DNA of 64,000 bases from Nemertoderma westbladi (Eukaryota > Animalia > Xenacoelomorpha), in the NCBI GenBank assembly GCA_032718475.1, contig JAUCBJ010006710.1:1-64000 (forward strand). Direction: 5' to 3'. The notes beneath the pieces were generated by a model, which was given only the letters and a program-made list of their open reading frames with translations, did no database searches and was not told where the DNA came from. The position numbers were made by a program, and so were the translations under genes. How positions within the stretch are numbered: the stretch's first letter is position 1; each line of letters starts with the position of its first letter. This document shows, in pieces, positions 49,883 through 63,500 of the stretch.

Positions 49883-51435
49883 CCCTATTAAACCCGGGGG
49901 GGGGTCAATATGACCCCCCCCCGTGGTTTTTTTATTATAATTCTGAAACAAACGCAGTTGGGAATCTGAAATTGTATGACTTTTCCTAAAAATCTATTGT
50001 CTTCCTAGTAGTGAAAACCGTTTTCAAAAATATTGGGTACTTTTCGAGTTATAGCACCATTTTTTAACCCTACTTTCGGCACTTTTTTTGAGACGTTTTT
50101 TGAAAATTACATTTCATTAAATATGAATTGTAACATCTCTATTTTTGATTTACACCGGTTTTTTGGTGTTAGAAATTTGATGGAATTCATATAAATTGAT
50201 TTAGAAATTTCAAACTTGTTTTTTTCGGTGGGTGCCAAATTTTGGTGCCAGCACCAAATTTTGAAATAAGTCAATTTTGTAAATTGATCGTTTGAAACTT
50301 GTTTTTTACGCAATTGGGGTTTTTTGGGTTTCTGGATTCGATGAAATATATACGAGTTGCACCAAGCGTATCAAACTTGTATTTTTCGGTGCTGTGTGCA
50401 AATTTTGGTGCTAGCACGAAATTTTGAAAATCCATTCAATAGATAAAATTGCTTGTGTCAATTTATTTCTTGCGTTTTAGAGGTTTATGGCTGTTCTGAA
50501 TTCAATGGAAAATATAATTATCGAACTAGACATCTCAAACTTGTATTTTTCGGATGTGGGTGCAAAATGTGGTGCTAGCACCAAATTTTGAAAACCATCA
50601 GATATATAAATTGATTGTGTCACCTTATTTCTTGCGTTATACGGGTTTGTGATGGTTCTGAATTCAATGGAATCAGTAAAAATTTCATAAGAGTTCTCAA
50701 ACTTTTATTTTTCGCCGGTGGGTGAAAATTGTTGTGCCAGCACCAAATTTTGGAAAATATGCAAATTGATAAGTAGATAGTATCACCTTGTTTCTTGCGT
50801 TATACGGGTTTATGAGGGTCCTGAATCCGATGGAATCAATAAAAACAGCACTGGACATCGCAAACTTGTACTTTTTGGTGATGGGTACGAAATTTGGTGC
50901 TAGCACCAAAATTTGCCAAATTTCGCCGAAAAATACAAGTAGCAATGATCTGGTATATTAGAAATGTATTCCATTAGAATCAGCGCCCTCGAAAACCTAA
51001 AAATGTGAATTTATAGCATCGTATATGTGAATTAAAAATTTTGTGTTCTAACTGAAAAGTGCTGGTTACTTGTTTTTTTCATTTTTTTCCTACGCAGAGA
51101 GGACTAAACAGCCATTTATAGTAATCATATCATTTTTTAATATTTTCCAATGTATTTTGCACCCCAGAAAACCTGTATTGAAAAATAATTAGCCGAAAAT
51201 GTAACTTTCAAATTTGGTGAAAATTGTGCACTACTTGTAAGTTTGGTGCTGCAATATAACCACCCCAGTACATTTTTTCGAAAATTTTTTTTTTCGGTCG
51301 GATCCAGACAAGTGATACCTACGTACAAACAAAAAATCAGACGTTTTCGTAAATATTTGTAGATTTTAGAGGGGGGGATCAATATGACCCCCTCCCGGTA
51401 TTTGTACAACATTTTATAGCCCGGTACTAATAGGG
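49883..51435. mobile_element. Non-autonomous piggyBac-like element (1553 bp)
   Basis: TTAA at 49879-49882 and 51436-51439; termini CCCTATTA...TAATAGGG; subterminal ggggtcaatatgacccc-type palindromes; internal units of about 165 bp. Confidence 0.9.
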
Positions 51436-51439
51436 TTAA

Positions 51440-52730
51440 AGACCGCGCTTTGACCAAGCTCAGCCTAAGAAACTCAGCTGCAGAGAAGTTGGATAGCGCT
51501 GGATTCGCCGTTTTCCAAGAGATTTGTATATCGAACTTGCACTCCTCTGTTATACAAAGACCTCGAATCCCCACAGGTTATTCTGTCGTGGAAATTCAGA
51601 CAATAGGTCCACCTGAAGAGACAGACGCGCCCACTTCAGCTATGCACTTGGAAGACGAACCAATATGTCTAGAATCTGAAGAGATTCAGCCTATCGCGCC
51701 CCGGAACAGCGACAACGATTACATCATAGAATGGTATCAAGGTCCACAGTGTCTCACTGCGTACGATTATCGACATGCCAACTATGTTTCTAGGCAACGT
51801 TGTCGGTTATGCGCATCGAGAGACCATGATACGCCCATGGACACCAACGTCCGCTGTTCCTATTTCCAAGAACAACCGACTATGGAAATTTATTGCGCAT
51901 ATTGCAGACTCAATAACTTGCATATCTTTGCGGTTTGCCCTCAATTTATGACTCAATGTCACCATTGTCAACTAAAGGGACATGCCAGTTTCGATTGCCC
52001 TTTTAATCACGATTTGGAAAGCGTAGATGAAATGATCACACTACGTTACATCAGAGCTTGGGAAGCGAACGCTGATTTACATTGTGATTCGCGCCATCGC
52101 TATTATCCCGGACGCGCTTACGAAGGAGTTTATGCGTTCCATCCTTATCTATTCGCTTCGGTCGAACAGAAATCACGCATATCGAGTTACGAGCTACTGA
52201 AGCGCGTCGGAGAATGTATTTCAACCAAATTCGTACGCAAATTTCTCAGGAGTGTTAATCCTAGCGACCTTCATTCCTATAACTTAATCAATTATATCCG
52301 TCAGGATCCGGACTATGGAGACTTGTTTGTTAACTCACACCCCGAGTTACAGGAAGTATATCGACGGCCTTACGAATACCGAGCCCGCGAACGCGAGTTG
52401 GAAAGAACCATTAAACCCCGGAGGTTTCTAACTGCCTATGGTCCACCCACGGCCCTCGTTCAGACCACTCGTAAAGGACCCGTAAGAGCGGCTGTCTTGA
52501 AACGAGCTCTCAAAGCCGTTAGACCCCTCTCCCCCGACGTTGATGTCAATCAACCCGGTACTTCGACTGGCGGATACACCGACCATAATCCTACACCCTC
52601 TGATGCAATCATATTGCACCCTTCACCCAGAAGTTATAGCCCTCCTTGTAAAGTGGCTCGCCCCAAGGAGAAAAGGACTCTGGCTAGCTTTAAAAAACTG
52701 CGTAAACGCCGTCCGCGCAAGAAAGACTAA
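51440..52730 (+). CDS. Element A accessory ORF, 3' part (three Zn knuckles and a basic tail)
   Basis: In frame with 46920 once the MITE is removed (1417 aa total); CRLC..H, CAYC..H..CP, CHHC..GH..C. Confidence 0.8.
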
Positions 52731-52808
52731 CTGTTTAGAGTATTTACATATATTAGAAACTGTGATTTTTGTATATTTATAAACTTGAATCCCATTTTCT
52801 GGGAGCGG

Positions 52809-54016
52809 TGTAAAAGCTTTTGCGGATATACTCAGTCCCCCTCGCCCGCAAGGTACCGTTATAGGTGTTTTAACGGACATAAAAGTCATTCTTCTATATA
52901 CGTGCTTTGGAGGACATGGTAAGGCAAAAAACCCGCAATGCACCAAATACCCTTGCACAGCTTAGCCTTGATGATTCAGATTACGACATCTAACAGCTGG
53001 TTGCTGACATGGAAACGGCCATTGGACACATGGTTCTTTGTTTGCTTAACAGCCAATCAGAGCGATTTTTTCTGTCGATGTGGAGCCTTTTAGCAGATCA
53101 TGCTAGGAGTGTTCAGTCTTACTGTTTTTCTTGATACTGTTGTGTTGTTTCTATCTAGGCCAGGAACACCGGCTCTAGAGTCAATTCGTTTTCATACTTT
53201 AGAAGAAACATTAGTAGGCTTAAATTATAGAGCGTATAACTGTTATCATAACATAACAATCAGTGCATAACAATCGGTGCAACTCCGTTCAGTCTTGCAT
53301 TATCGGTTCAACATACATTGTTGTGCTGCTGTTTGCTGTTGTCATATTTTGTATCAGTTGGTTGAATATTATTTGGAGAACATCTATAAAGAACCCAAAT
53401 TTCCCAATTTTCTTGATACACTACAGGTTAGAGAGACGGGTTATATATAGCGATTGCGACTTATATTATTGTGGTTTGTAGTGAATTTAATGCTATTTGA
53501 TAAGCACTACATGAGTCAGTTGCTGTTCTCTTTATATATGATAAAATTCATTGACGGTCGGCAAATTAGTGAGCAGTATTGTGTGTTACCGGTAGTGTGC
53601 ATGATTGTGGCTGATAACTAAGCATTTCCTAAAGAATGCGCCTCATACGTGAATCATAAGCCTTACCGACTTACCGTTGTGATTAGTATAAGTCATATCT
53701 CTGTTTACCTAGATAGAGCGCCACGTCCTAAAGGAACTGTTAATATTTCCCGAAAGTGAATAATATTAGTCAGAAATTATTTATTAACGATCAATCGAAT
53801 AATACAGTAAGCTTACACTGCAATAATAATCTAAGCCCTCAGAATCCAGTCTCCCGGGTATATCCAGCGGGTGAATGGACGCGCACTAGGCTGGCTTCTG
53901 CTAATGTTGTGTTTATTGGTATTAAATATTTGTCAACTTCTAAAGTCTATTTGTAAACCAAAAGACATATAAATTTTGGCAGGTTAAACTGCTAAAGGTC
54001 TTCAAAAGCGCGTACA
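52809..54016 (+). repeat. Element A 3' LTR (1208 bp), preceded by PPT gggagcgg
   Basis: TGTAaaagctttt ... aaaagcgcgTACA imperfect terminal inverted repeat. Confidence 0.92.
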
Positions 54017-54646
54017 AGGGAGGAGACTCAGAAGGCGAAGAGATATATAGTCAGATGGTGAGGGAGATCAGGGACGTGCAACCAAAAACAGAAAAACTAT
54101 GCGATAACCCGACGGACAAACTCCTCAGCTACAGTTCAAGTTGGTACAAGACCAAGAAGTTAGTGGCGTATTGGAGAGCCTTCGGGGATTTACAGTTGTA
54201 GAATAATATAGATATAAAGGAATAAGTATCTATTATAAGTAAAATAAATATCTAGGAATAATAGAATAATATAGCACAGTTGTAAAATAAAAATTAAATA
54301 TTAGAAATTAGAAATTAAACATATTATGGTAACAGTGAAAAAAAATATTCCAGAACATAATTAAAGTAACGGACAAAATTACGAAATTTAGTGAAAATTA
54401 GCACTTTCAGAAAATAAGATAGGTAAATTAGGCAATAACCTGACATTCAGCAAGAGATAGGCCATTATCGGACCGTACAGACCATCCTAACTTCATCACT
54501 CATCTGTATTGTGCCTTGGCAAGGCCCCACCTTATAGGTGAGCGTTCGGGAGAGTTCGAAATGGTGGAGAAACTTTTTCGAAAGAGAAAGGCGGAGTTGG
54601 GAGGAAAGGAGATACTGGTGGATTTCACCGACATCCGGAAGAGAAG

Positions 54647-57120
54647 ATGAGGGGATACTACGAGCGGTTAGAGAGGGGTCACAAAGCGCGAGCGCTGCAG
54701 GACCATTTCAGGGAGGTGCACGAACAGTGGCTGGTCGGGACCTACGGGACATCGTCGCTAGACAACGCAATCTTCGAGCATTTCCACTACGTGGTGAAGG
54801 GAGACGAGGCGAAGTTCGGGATACCGAAGTATCCAAAGGAACCACCGAGAAAGGACTGGAAGAGGCTCGAAGAGTCCGTCAGCAGGGGAGGATACATGGT
54901 CGTAGACGATGAGGGGACCGTGGAGGATGAGGAAGGTTCGAGGAGAGGGTGGGCGGGGTCAGCCAGAACCATGCTCCTACATTTGGCCACGCCAAATGGG
55001 GACATTTTCCTGTTCGACCTGGGAACGTATGGGAAGAAGAACGGGCCGAAGTTGAACCGGTTGCCAAAGTCAGTGCAAACCCTAGTAAGAGAGAAGTCGA
55101 CGATAAAGGTGGGATCGGCGATCCGCGACAATGCGGAGAGGATCATCGGTCCGGAGACCCCCAACCTCCTGGACATGCAGACGGTCTACATGGCTATGAC
55201 AGCGCCAGACGGGTTGGGACTAGTAGAGAACGCAGGCCATTGTGGAGCGGTGGCGATGGGCCAGCTAATAGGGCTTGTCTGTCACAAACCAATGGACTGG
55301 AGTAAATTCAGAGAGGAGTACGGAGTGGAGTTGGCGAACTCGCTGAAGTGGGGAGCGAGACCAGGGAAGCAAGAGGTGTATCAATTCCGGAGCGGAGCGA
55401 TAAAGGTATATCAGAAGCGATATATCCTGCAGGAGGACTGGATAATGATAGGTTTGCTAAACCTATTCATGAGCGTGGTAATCGAGAGAGAACCAACAGC
55501 ATTCCTGCTATCGGGATCACCACCGAACTACAGAGAGCCTTCAAAGTGGCTTTCGAGGGTCTGGTAGACCACCCGGGGCTGAAGGGCGAGTCGGTATACT
55601 ATAACTGCCGATATCTAGTAGACGGGGAGGTGGATACGCCATATCAGAGGTGGGAGCAGCTAGAGGCGGATAGACGAGAGGCGAAGCGATTGGAAGAAAT
55701 CGCTAGGCGAGAAAGGAGGGAGGCGGAAGAAAGGGAGGAGGAAGCTAAAAGAGAGAGCTATGGATTCGAGGAACAGGTGGCCTTAGATGAGCTGCACTGG
55801 ACATCAGGGAGTTCAGGTGAGTCTCTAGGGCGAGAACTGGGGTGGACGGTGGGATCACCGAAACAGTCGACATTGGGATTGCAGACGAAGCCCATACCAG
55901 CGGGCGCCGAGGGCGATTTCACGCAGAGGAGGCCAGGGGAACTTGAAGGATGGAGAGTCACAGGCGAGAGCCAAGGTGGGAAGGGTCATAGTGGATCCAC
56001 CGGGATACCGGGATTGGACCCACTCGCAGAGGAGGACGAGGATGACGACGAGTTCGGAGAGATGCCGCCCATCGGGAGAATCGGCCACTCGGATACGGAC
56101 TGGGTTGGCGGGAGGGTGGTGACGGCCAGCGGGGCGAGGGCCTTCTGGGATAGACCCGGCAAGCGGGCCTGGGTGCATGAGGAGCCGGCGATGGATTTCG
56201 CGGGGAGCACCATCAGGTTGGGCGTGCAACCGGGGCTGGCACCACGGGTAGTATTCGGAGAGACGATGCCCGGGCGGGGCGAGGAGATAGACGTGGACAG
56301 GGACGCTAACGTCCAGAAGTTCGCTTACCAGCGACTCCACAGACCGAGGAGAATGCTTGGGACGAAAGACGACATGGGGCGGGAGGCATTGGTACTCGGC
56401 TGCGATTACTGTGGGAGGCAGACTCACCAGGAAAGGAGCTGATTGTACCGATTCCAGAAAGGGACTAGTTGTCTCTACTGCCGCGAGTCAAGCCACAGGA
56501 TGGGGGCGTGTCCACGGTTGCACAACCGGTGTTCTAAGTGCAACTTCAGGGGGCACTACAGACGCCAGTGCGACTGGATGGACGACGAGGAAAAGTTTAG
56601 GATTTTCGAGGAGTGGGCCGATGTCGGCGCTATGACCCGACAGCAGATGAAGGCCCAGGAATTCCGGTGGGGCTTCTTTAATATCAACCAGGAGGCCCAC
56701 CTGGAAATCATTAAACGGAGACTTCCGTTTACTTATCAGGAGGTGTCAACGGCGGCGTCGTATGCCGGAGTGATAAATACGCAGAGATATCTGGACAGGT
56801 GGACGCCACAGAACCGAGGAGAGTTCAGAGATTTCTTGGCGGAGCATGTGCCGCGGGCTATGAAAGTGATCCTATGGGACGCCACTAGGGGAAAACAACA
56901 GGGCCATTCCGAGGGGCCACCCGAGAATCGATACCGGGAGCTGATAACACCAGCGCCCAAGGAGTCGACAATGGGAATCAGTAGAGAGGTGACGGCGAGG
57001 GTCAGGAATCTGAAAGGGGATAAGAGCAAGGGAGCGGCAGCGACCAGGAAACGACCGAGGGAGGAGGACGACAGAGGGAAGGAGTTGAGATGGTTCCCAA
57101 AGTTGGGTGGAACGAACTAG
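54647..57120 (+). pseudogene. Element C accessory ORF: DEDDy-like exonuclease plus Zn knuckles (frameshift near 55515, TGA at 56440)
   Basis: MVVDDEG, LHLATPNG, LPKSVQTLVREKSTIKVGSAIRD, LLDMQ, RYILQED; CLYC..H..CPRL..CSKC..GH..C; FEEWAD..WGFF. Confidence 0.78.
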
Positions 57121-57812
57121 AACTTAGGTGTGGAGATGCCTGGAAGGCACCACATGTGAAGTAATACGAACTCCTAAGTGCAAATTTAATTAAAAGTGCA
57201 ATTAGTATGTACGTATGTAGTAATCATTAGTATATAGTCACATAGCAAATACAATCAAAGTAAGTACTATAGTCATATAACCTTTTCCAATTAGCTACTG
57301 GGACTGGGGACCAATTGACTATGACAGGACGGGGCATTGGACGACTTCACACTTCTTGACTGCGACGGCACAGGAGGGGAGGGTGAGGCTCGTCAGGAGT
57401 GAGTGGGCTAGTTAGAGGTTGAGTATAGAACGGTATAGAAGGCGAGTGCAATTCAAGTGTGGGGGGGGGAGGAGTAAGAGGTAGAGTGAGGGACAAGGGG
57501 GTCCGAGAGTTAGAGTGGAGGGAAAGTTAGAGTCAGTTAGAGCGGAGTTAGAGTGGAGAGAGTAGTGGTGAGGTAAAATTGTGTGAGAAATCCACAATCG
57601 TCTCGACACGGGACGCCAGATGTCTTGGTGCAAGGTAGACGAAGTTGCACCAAGAGAGGGTAGCAATATCATGCCCATAGGGTGCGGCCTGGAAAGCCAG
57701 CTCCGAGAAAGAGAACTCCACCTCACACCCGATAGTAGATCGGGATCCAGCGGAATTGAAGCGCACTCGTGGGTGATGCTATCTTCTCACCGGGAAGATA
57801 GCATGGGGGGAG

Positions 57813-58394
57813 TGTGAGCGGATTCAATTCCGCCCACCACCCCATAAAGTTGGGAAGTGGCACCTTTTAGCAATATTGGGGATACGAGGTTAATCCCCAA
57901 TTAACCTCGTATCACACACCCAATAAACGGGGACAACAAACCCCGAAGGGCCACACACAAAGGGAGGTCAGAGGTTAAACCGCCGGGAGGGGAAAGTAAC
58001 AGCAGTGGGGGGGGAAACACTCCCACAGAGGTGGAGGCGAGAATTAGGTTATTAGCCAATCAGAGCCAGGAAACGCATCCGCTAGGTACAATGGCCATAA
58101 GTAATGTAGCTAACCAATATATATTACCGGTCAGTGCCCATCACAATTTCAGTTATCTCAGTTATTCAGGGCAGTACGGTGACACTTTATACCGTCACCG
58201 CCGTCACCAATTATTATCTATATTACCGGTCAGACACTGTGCTATCTGTTATCTGCTATCATTGTATACTATAACCATTACTGTCAGAGTTTATCAATAA
58301 TATCGGAACAACAAACTCTTTCTTTTCCATCACACGGTGCGGCCTAATGCGTAAATAAACCAAAACCCGGTCGGGATCCTCTGATCCCGTCACA
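57813..58394 (+). repeat. Probable element C 3' LTR (582 bp)
   Basis: PPT ggggggag then TGTGAgcggat ... atcccgTCACA inverted termini; AATAAA at 57922; no partner LTR in the window. Confidence 0.65.
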
Positions 58395-59217
58395 CCATAA
58401 CTATCCAACCCTTTCTTTGCTCCCCCTTTGTGTATGAACTACTGCTTTGTATAAATTGTGGTGACACTGTTTGAAATAGTATCACAAGGCCATTTGACAA
58501 GGCCACGGAAATTTGATTTTTCACTTGTTCCAATTTCGGCACTAAGCGCAGCTGCAAACAAAATTCTAACTAAAGACGGGTGAATGACAATGCTGCCATA
58601 ACCATAGAAATTATTTGAAATATAATTATAAATCAAATATTTGGTGAGGCTTCCAAGTTAAACCCCAAAACAATTATTTCGTTACATATAGTAAACAACA
58701 TTGCATGTTCTTCTTCCTCTCATAATAAAATATAATAATGAAATATATCTGATTGCTGTAACATTTCACAACCAAAATGTTTCAGTGTGATAAGTGTACC
58801 ACACGCCCGCCAAAACAGCCGCAAACGCATAGCCAACAAATTTAACAAAAGGTTACATGCATGTTGGGTTTATGACGAGTGAAAATTGATCGCGTGTAAT
58901 ATAAACTAAATTGTAAGCCCGGCTATACTCCACTTCATTACCCAATGGAAATGTTGTTGTTATAATCTAATATTGGGGTGGCTTTCACTCGTTCCAATTT
59001 CGGCACTAAGCAGCTAGGCCTACTGTCAGACATTTGGACCTGTACCATGCATATTAACGAAAGTTTATGGTATCAAATTATAATTTCAATTGTTTCAGGT
59101 TCGACTTTAGATCTACTTTGTCAGAATATCTGTACATTAACGAAAATGTACAGTGTTAATAATGTTTACTGGGCAGTGTTAATAATTTACTGGGCAGCCG
59201 CCCGGTAATGTTGATAC

Positions 59218-59867
59218 CTACTACTACTACTAGGATCGGCATGCTGCATTGCAGCTGCATTTTTAAGAATGTTGTGCCGGCTTATCGGCAAAATTGCACC
59301 GCCACAACTCCCTATCACCCGTGACATTTGCTAGATCATCCGCATCTTCAAGGCTAGTGTCCTTTAAGATGCGTCTCAAGAAAGTCATGGGCTGTCCACC
59401 ATGCTTATTCACTCCATGAGGCTGCCAAAGTACAAGATTATGCACTGGCTGGTCCTCACGGCGAAAACAATGTCCTGCAAAGCGGAGGCGATTTTGTTCT
59501 AGTGTCAAGCTTGGGGGAACCAATGAAACACCTCCAATGTTATATAGTGTCTGGTTGGAGATGTGTGCATTGTACTTGACACAATGAACCCGGCGTAGCA
59601 TTCTTGCGAATGTGCCATCCAGAGATTTGGTGTCCTCAGCAGTTATAGCCCAGCATGGACTCCCATAGAGGAGTACTGGAACTACTGCTGCTTTAAATAA
59701 TCGGACATTAAGTGTCCGATTAATTCTCGGTGACTTCCAAATCCTGGAAAGCATATTCAAGGCTGCCCATGCATTTCCCTTACGTATTCGAAGGTCCTCA
59801 CCTGACTTCCGGATCCATGATCCCAGGTAACAGAAGTCATCCACATGCTCAAGCATACCATCTTTTG
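59218..59867 (-). mobile_element. 5'-truncated RTE-like copy
   Basis: Same family as 183-1221; (CTA)n tail at about 59218-59232. Confidence 0.88.
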
Positions 59868-60566
59868 GTAACCGCTTAGTTATTTTACACCATCTGGAGA
59901 TACATGGCAACACGGGACTTCTGAGTTTGGGGTTCGTGTGGGTCTGCGGGTTCGGTTTGCAATCAGCGAAGGGCCTGAATCTTTGGACGCGGACGTGGAA
60001 TCTCACAGCAAACAAGGTTAGTTGTTCTGTTGGCACCAGTGTGTTTGTGGAAGCAGTAAAAAATTATCGGTTGTTTAACTGCGAAGCTGAACTCAATTTA
60101 TTAGTTAGGATATTTAGGTTTAGCCGGCCATGGTTTTTTGAATCGCTCAAGTTAGAGAGAGAGTTAGAGAGAGTCGCAACCCGAAGATGTAGCCACGCGC
60201 TAGTGGATACATATAATATTTGAAATTAAAAATTACGTTGATTAGAGCTATATATATATAAAATTAGAAATATTCGGGTAGCAAGTATATTTTGAATATT
60301 TTGTATTAGATTCAGAGTTATTTTGTGCTATACCGGTATTTAATACTATATAGTAGCTATATAATAATATTTTTGTTTAAATATTGTGCTAGTATTTGCT
60401 ATAACTATATACCCCATTAAATTCACAATATTGCATTGCGAATTTATTTTGACATTTTGGACCAACTGATTATTTGACAAATAATTTGACCGTATTTCGG
60501 TTAAATTATAATCATATCTCAAACTTTTGCGAGATATTTTTCCGGAAGGCAAACATTATTTAGACT

Positions 60567-63500
60567 ATGAGTGTCTCAGACAAAGAGGCACTAGAGGACA
60601 GCTACGAGACGGCGGCTGGACCGCCGACTGACGATAGCGTCAATATTACTGTTGACGACAATGCCGACTATGACGACGCAGCGAGCGACGCTGACGTAAG
60701 TGAACAGGAGGACGAGACAGTGACTAGTGAGGAAGAACAACAACCTCAAGTAATAGTATTAGGATCCCCTACCGCTACTGTAAGGAAGGACTGCACAGCA
60801 GCCCGGACAGAGGTGAGTGATAGAGAGGATAGTGTAGCAGAAGCGAGAGCCCGGAGCCCGGTTTCCAGACCTGTGGGTATGGTAAGTGCCGTGGTCCCGA
60901 CGGCTGTAAGGAGTACCCGTAGTTCCCGAAATAATCCTTCAAGTCCACCGAGTGTAAGTCAGGTAAGTGATAGAGAACTTGATATCGCGATAAAGAAGAA
61001 ACTTCGCGCGCATGCCGGACATATAACCCGGACGGAGGACAAGGTAAGAAAAATGTTGGCCGACTCAGCCAACATCGGGAGGGTAGAGTTAGCAGAGATT
61101 AGAAGAGGATATAACTCAGCGTTATTCAAGCAGACGGAGGAGCTTGCAGTCCTAGCGAAGAAGGCAGTAGAGTCTCAGTCGAGCGACGTGGCGACGAGGA
61201 TTTACGACAGGGTTTTAGCAGCCTTGTTGGAGCACCGCGAGTTATCGGAGCGATTCCGACGAGTTAGGACAGAGAACTGGCTGCTATGGGCATCACAAGC
61301 GCAGGCGACTCAGGTGAGTGACGCAGAGTTGAGAGACTTAGTGGAGCGAGAAGAGACGCAGGATAAAGAGGAGCGCCGGTATCAGAGGGAAGTTACTAGC
61401 TGGCTGATGCAGAATGGAGTGGTGGTACCAGGTCAGGTGCTACCGACGACGGAGAACATCCAACAGAGGACGTTGACTCCACCCGACGATGCATCTAGAG
61501 ACAGCGGCGATTCCCAGGTTAGTCACGCGCGAGGTAAGGTAATATGTGCTAGATCCCTTGTTTCTCACAACTCGGCGGAGGAGAGAAGACGCCGACTAGA
61601 CGAACAGCAGGCGGAAGTTTTGCGTGCACAGGAAGCACGGAAGGAAGCCGAGCGGGAACGGGAGCGCACACGTAAGTTGGACGCAGAGTTACGAGAGTTG
61701 GAAGAGATAAGTAAGCGCGAGCGAGCGGAACGCGAGCAAAGGGAACGCGAACTCCAAGCCGAGCGCGAGCGCGAGGAACTCGAACGCGAACAGAGAGAAC
61801 GCGAACTCCAACTTGAATGCGAGCGGGAAGCGAAGAAACGTGAACTCCAACTCGAACGCGAACAGAGAGAACGCGAACTCCAACTCGAACGCGAACAGGA
61901 AGCGAAGAAACGCGAACTCCAAGCCGAACGCGAGCGCAAGAAACTCGATCGTGAACAGAAGGAGCGCGAGCTTCAACTCGAACGCGGACGCAAGGAACGC
62001 GAACTCGAGATCGAGAAAAGAAGACGCGCATTGTATGAAGAAAGGTCGCGAGTAGAAGAAGAGAGCGCAGCGAGACGAGCGAGGGAAGAAGAAGAGCGTA
62101 AACTGGCGCAGTTGGAAAGTGCGAGATTAAGTTTAGAGAGCGAAGAACGGACTAGGAAGGCGAACGAAATCGCCGAGAAGGGGATGCGAATGCTCGAAGA
62201 ATGTGGGGCGAGTGTGGGGACGGAGTTGCGAGAACTGTTCGCACTGCAGAAGGCCGAACAGGAAGCGAGAACTCCGACTATACGCGAGTCAACGACGACC
62301 AGAATTCCTATACTCGGTCCAGTTATTACGAGTACACGGATCGCTAAACCATTCTCTACATATCGCACGCCAGTTGGTATTAGTGCTTCACCCATCGCTC
62401 AGGATCTACGTCATCGGAACACCGCACCACTATATATCGAACGCGAGAACGGAGAATTTAGAGAAGAAACTCCGACGGAACGAGTACTTGGCGAACCGAA
62501 CCCGCGGGTTTGGAATACGCGGACGGAGCGCCGACCCAGTTCGACGGAGAACTTCCGGGTTAAACCGGAAGAGGGATCATATGAGAGACAGCGGATTACT
62601 CAGATAGAGCCGACTATACAACAGAACCCTAGCCAGGAATTTATTACGAGGGATGAGTTAAGTGCTAGTTTAGCGCAAGCTATATCGCCGCACATCCAAC
62701 CTATAACGGACATGCTTAGCAACCTACGGTTAAAGGAAGCAGCCCAGGTAAGAAGTAATTCTAATCCCAGCAGGCCTGAGTTAGATAAAGTCCAGCCTAG
62801 TCAACGAGTACGCATATCGGAGGAGACTGACTATACCACATAGACCTCAGGTAAGGACGCCTGTCCCGAATATCCATAATCCCAATTTCGAAAATTCGGC
62901 GGAAAGATTTATTCAGGATGCTTGGGTCAGGGCCTCGGCGCGCAAACCATCGCGAGCGCTAAGGACTGACACCGAGTCAAGCGATGAAGAGGAAGAAATG
63001 AGACGTCAGAAGTCCCGAAACTATAAGGAAAGAAGGACCGACGCGGAGCAGGTAAGTTGGAACCACCGGGAAAGGACCAGACTTAACAACCCTGCGGAGC
63101 TAAACCATTTGTTAACCCGGAACGACGCAACCCTTAGGGACATAGGTAAGTTTGCTGCTAGGCAAGGACTGCCGACGCAACAACCCCAGAAGTTTATGGG
63201 CAACCACAAGCACTGGAGGACCTTTAAAACCTATGTCGACGAGCAGCTGACCAACAGCACCTTTACTCCCAACGAGAAGTTCAACTATTTGCTTCAGATG
63301 CTCCATCGAGAACCTAGAGCCATTGCTGATAATTTCGTCGGCAACGAAAGAGCATTCGAGTTAGCAATGAAGACGCTTAGCGACATCTACGGGAATAAAA
63401 CCAAGATGGCGCAGTCGATAGTAGAAGACTTGGGTAAGGGCGGAAGGATTACAACTCCGTTAGAGCTGTTGAATTTAGCGAACGCTATTTCGAACGCATT

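Larger units (their letters stand above)
20332..54016 (+). mobile_element. Bel/Pao LTR retrotransposon A, containing nested element B and a piggyBac-like MITE
   Basis: Paired LTRs offset by 32514 bp; gag-PR-RT-RH-IN order; extra ORF before the 3' LTR. Confidence 0.93.
54017..58394 (+). mobile_element. Remnant of Bel/Pao element C (pol fragment, accessory ORF, 3' LTR)
   Basis: About 54019-54201 translates to ...KLLSYSSSWYKTKKLVAYWRAF, comparable to the post-RNase H segment of A (HYSSWNRLCKAVTYLRRCF); integrase absent. Confidence 0.72.

Noticed and set aside
46920-52730. env gene at the env-like position
   Set aside because: No signal peptide or transmembrane segment is evident; the motifs are nuclease-like and Zn-knuckle-like
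59263-60036. 257-aa ORF as a real fusion protein
   Set aside because: Chance read-through from flanking sequence into a 5'-truncated RTE at about 59867
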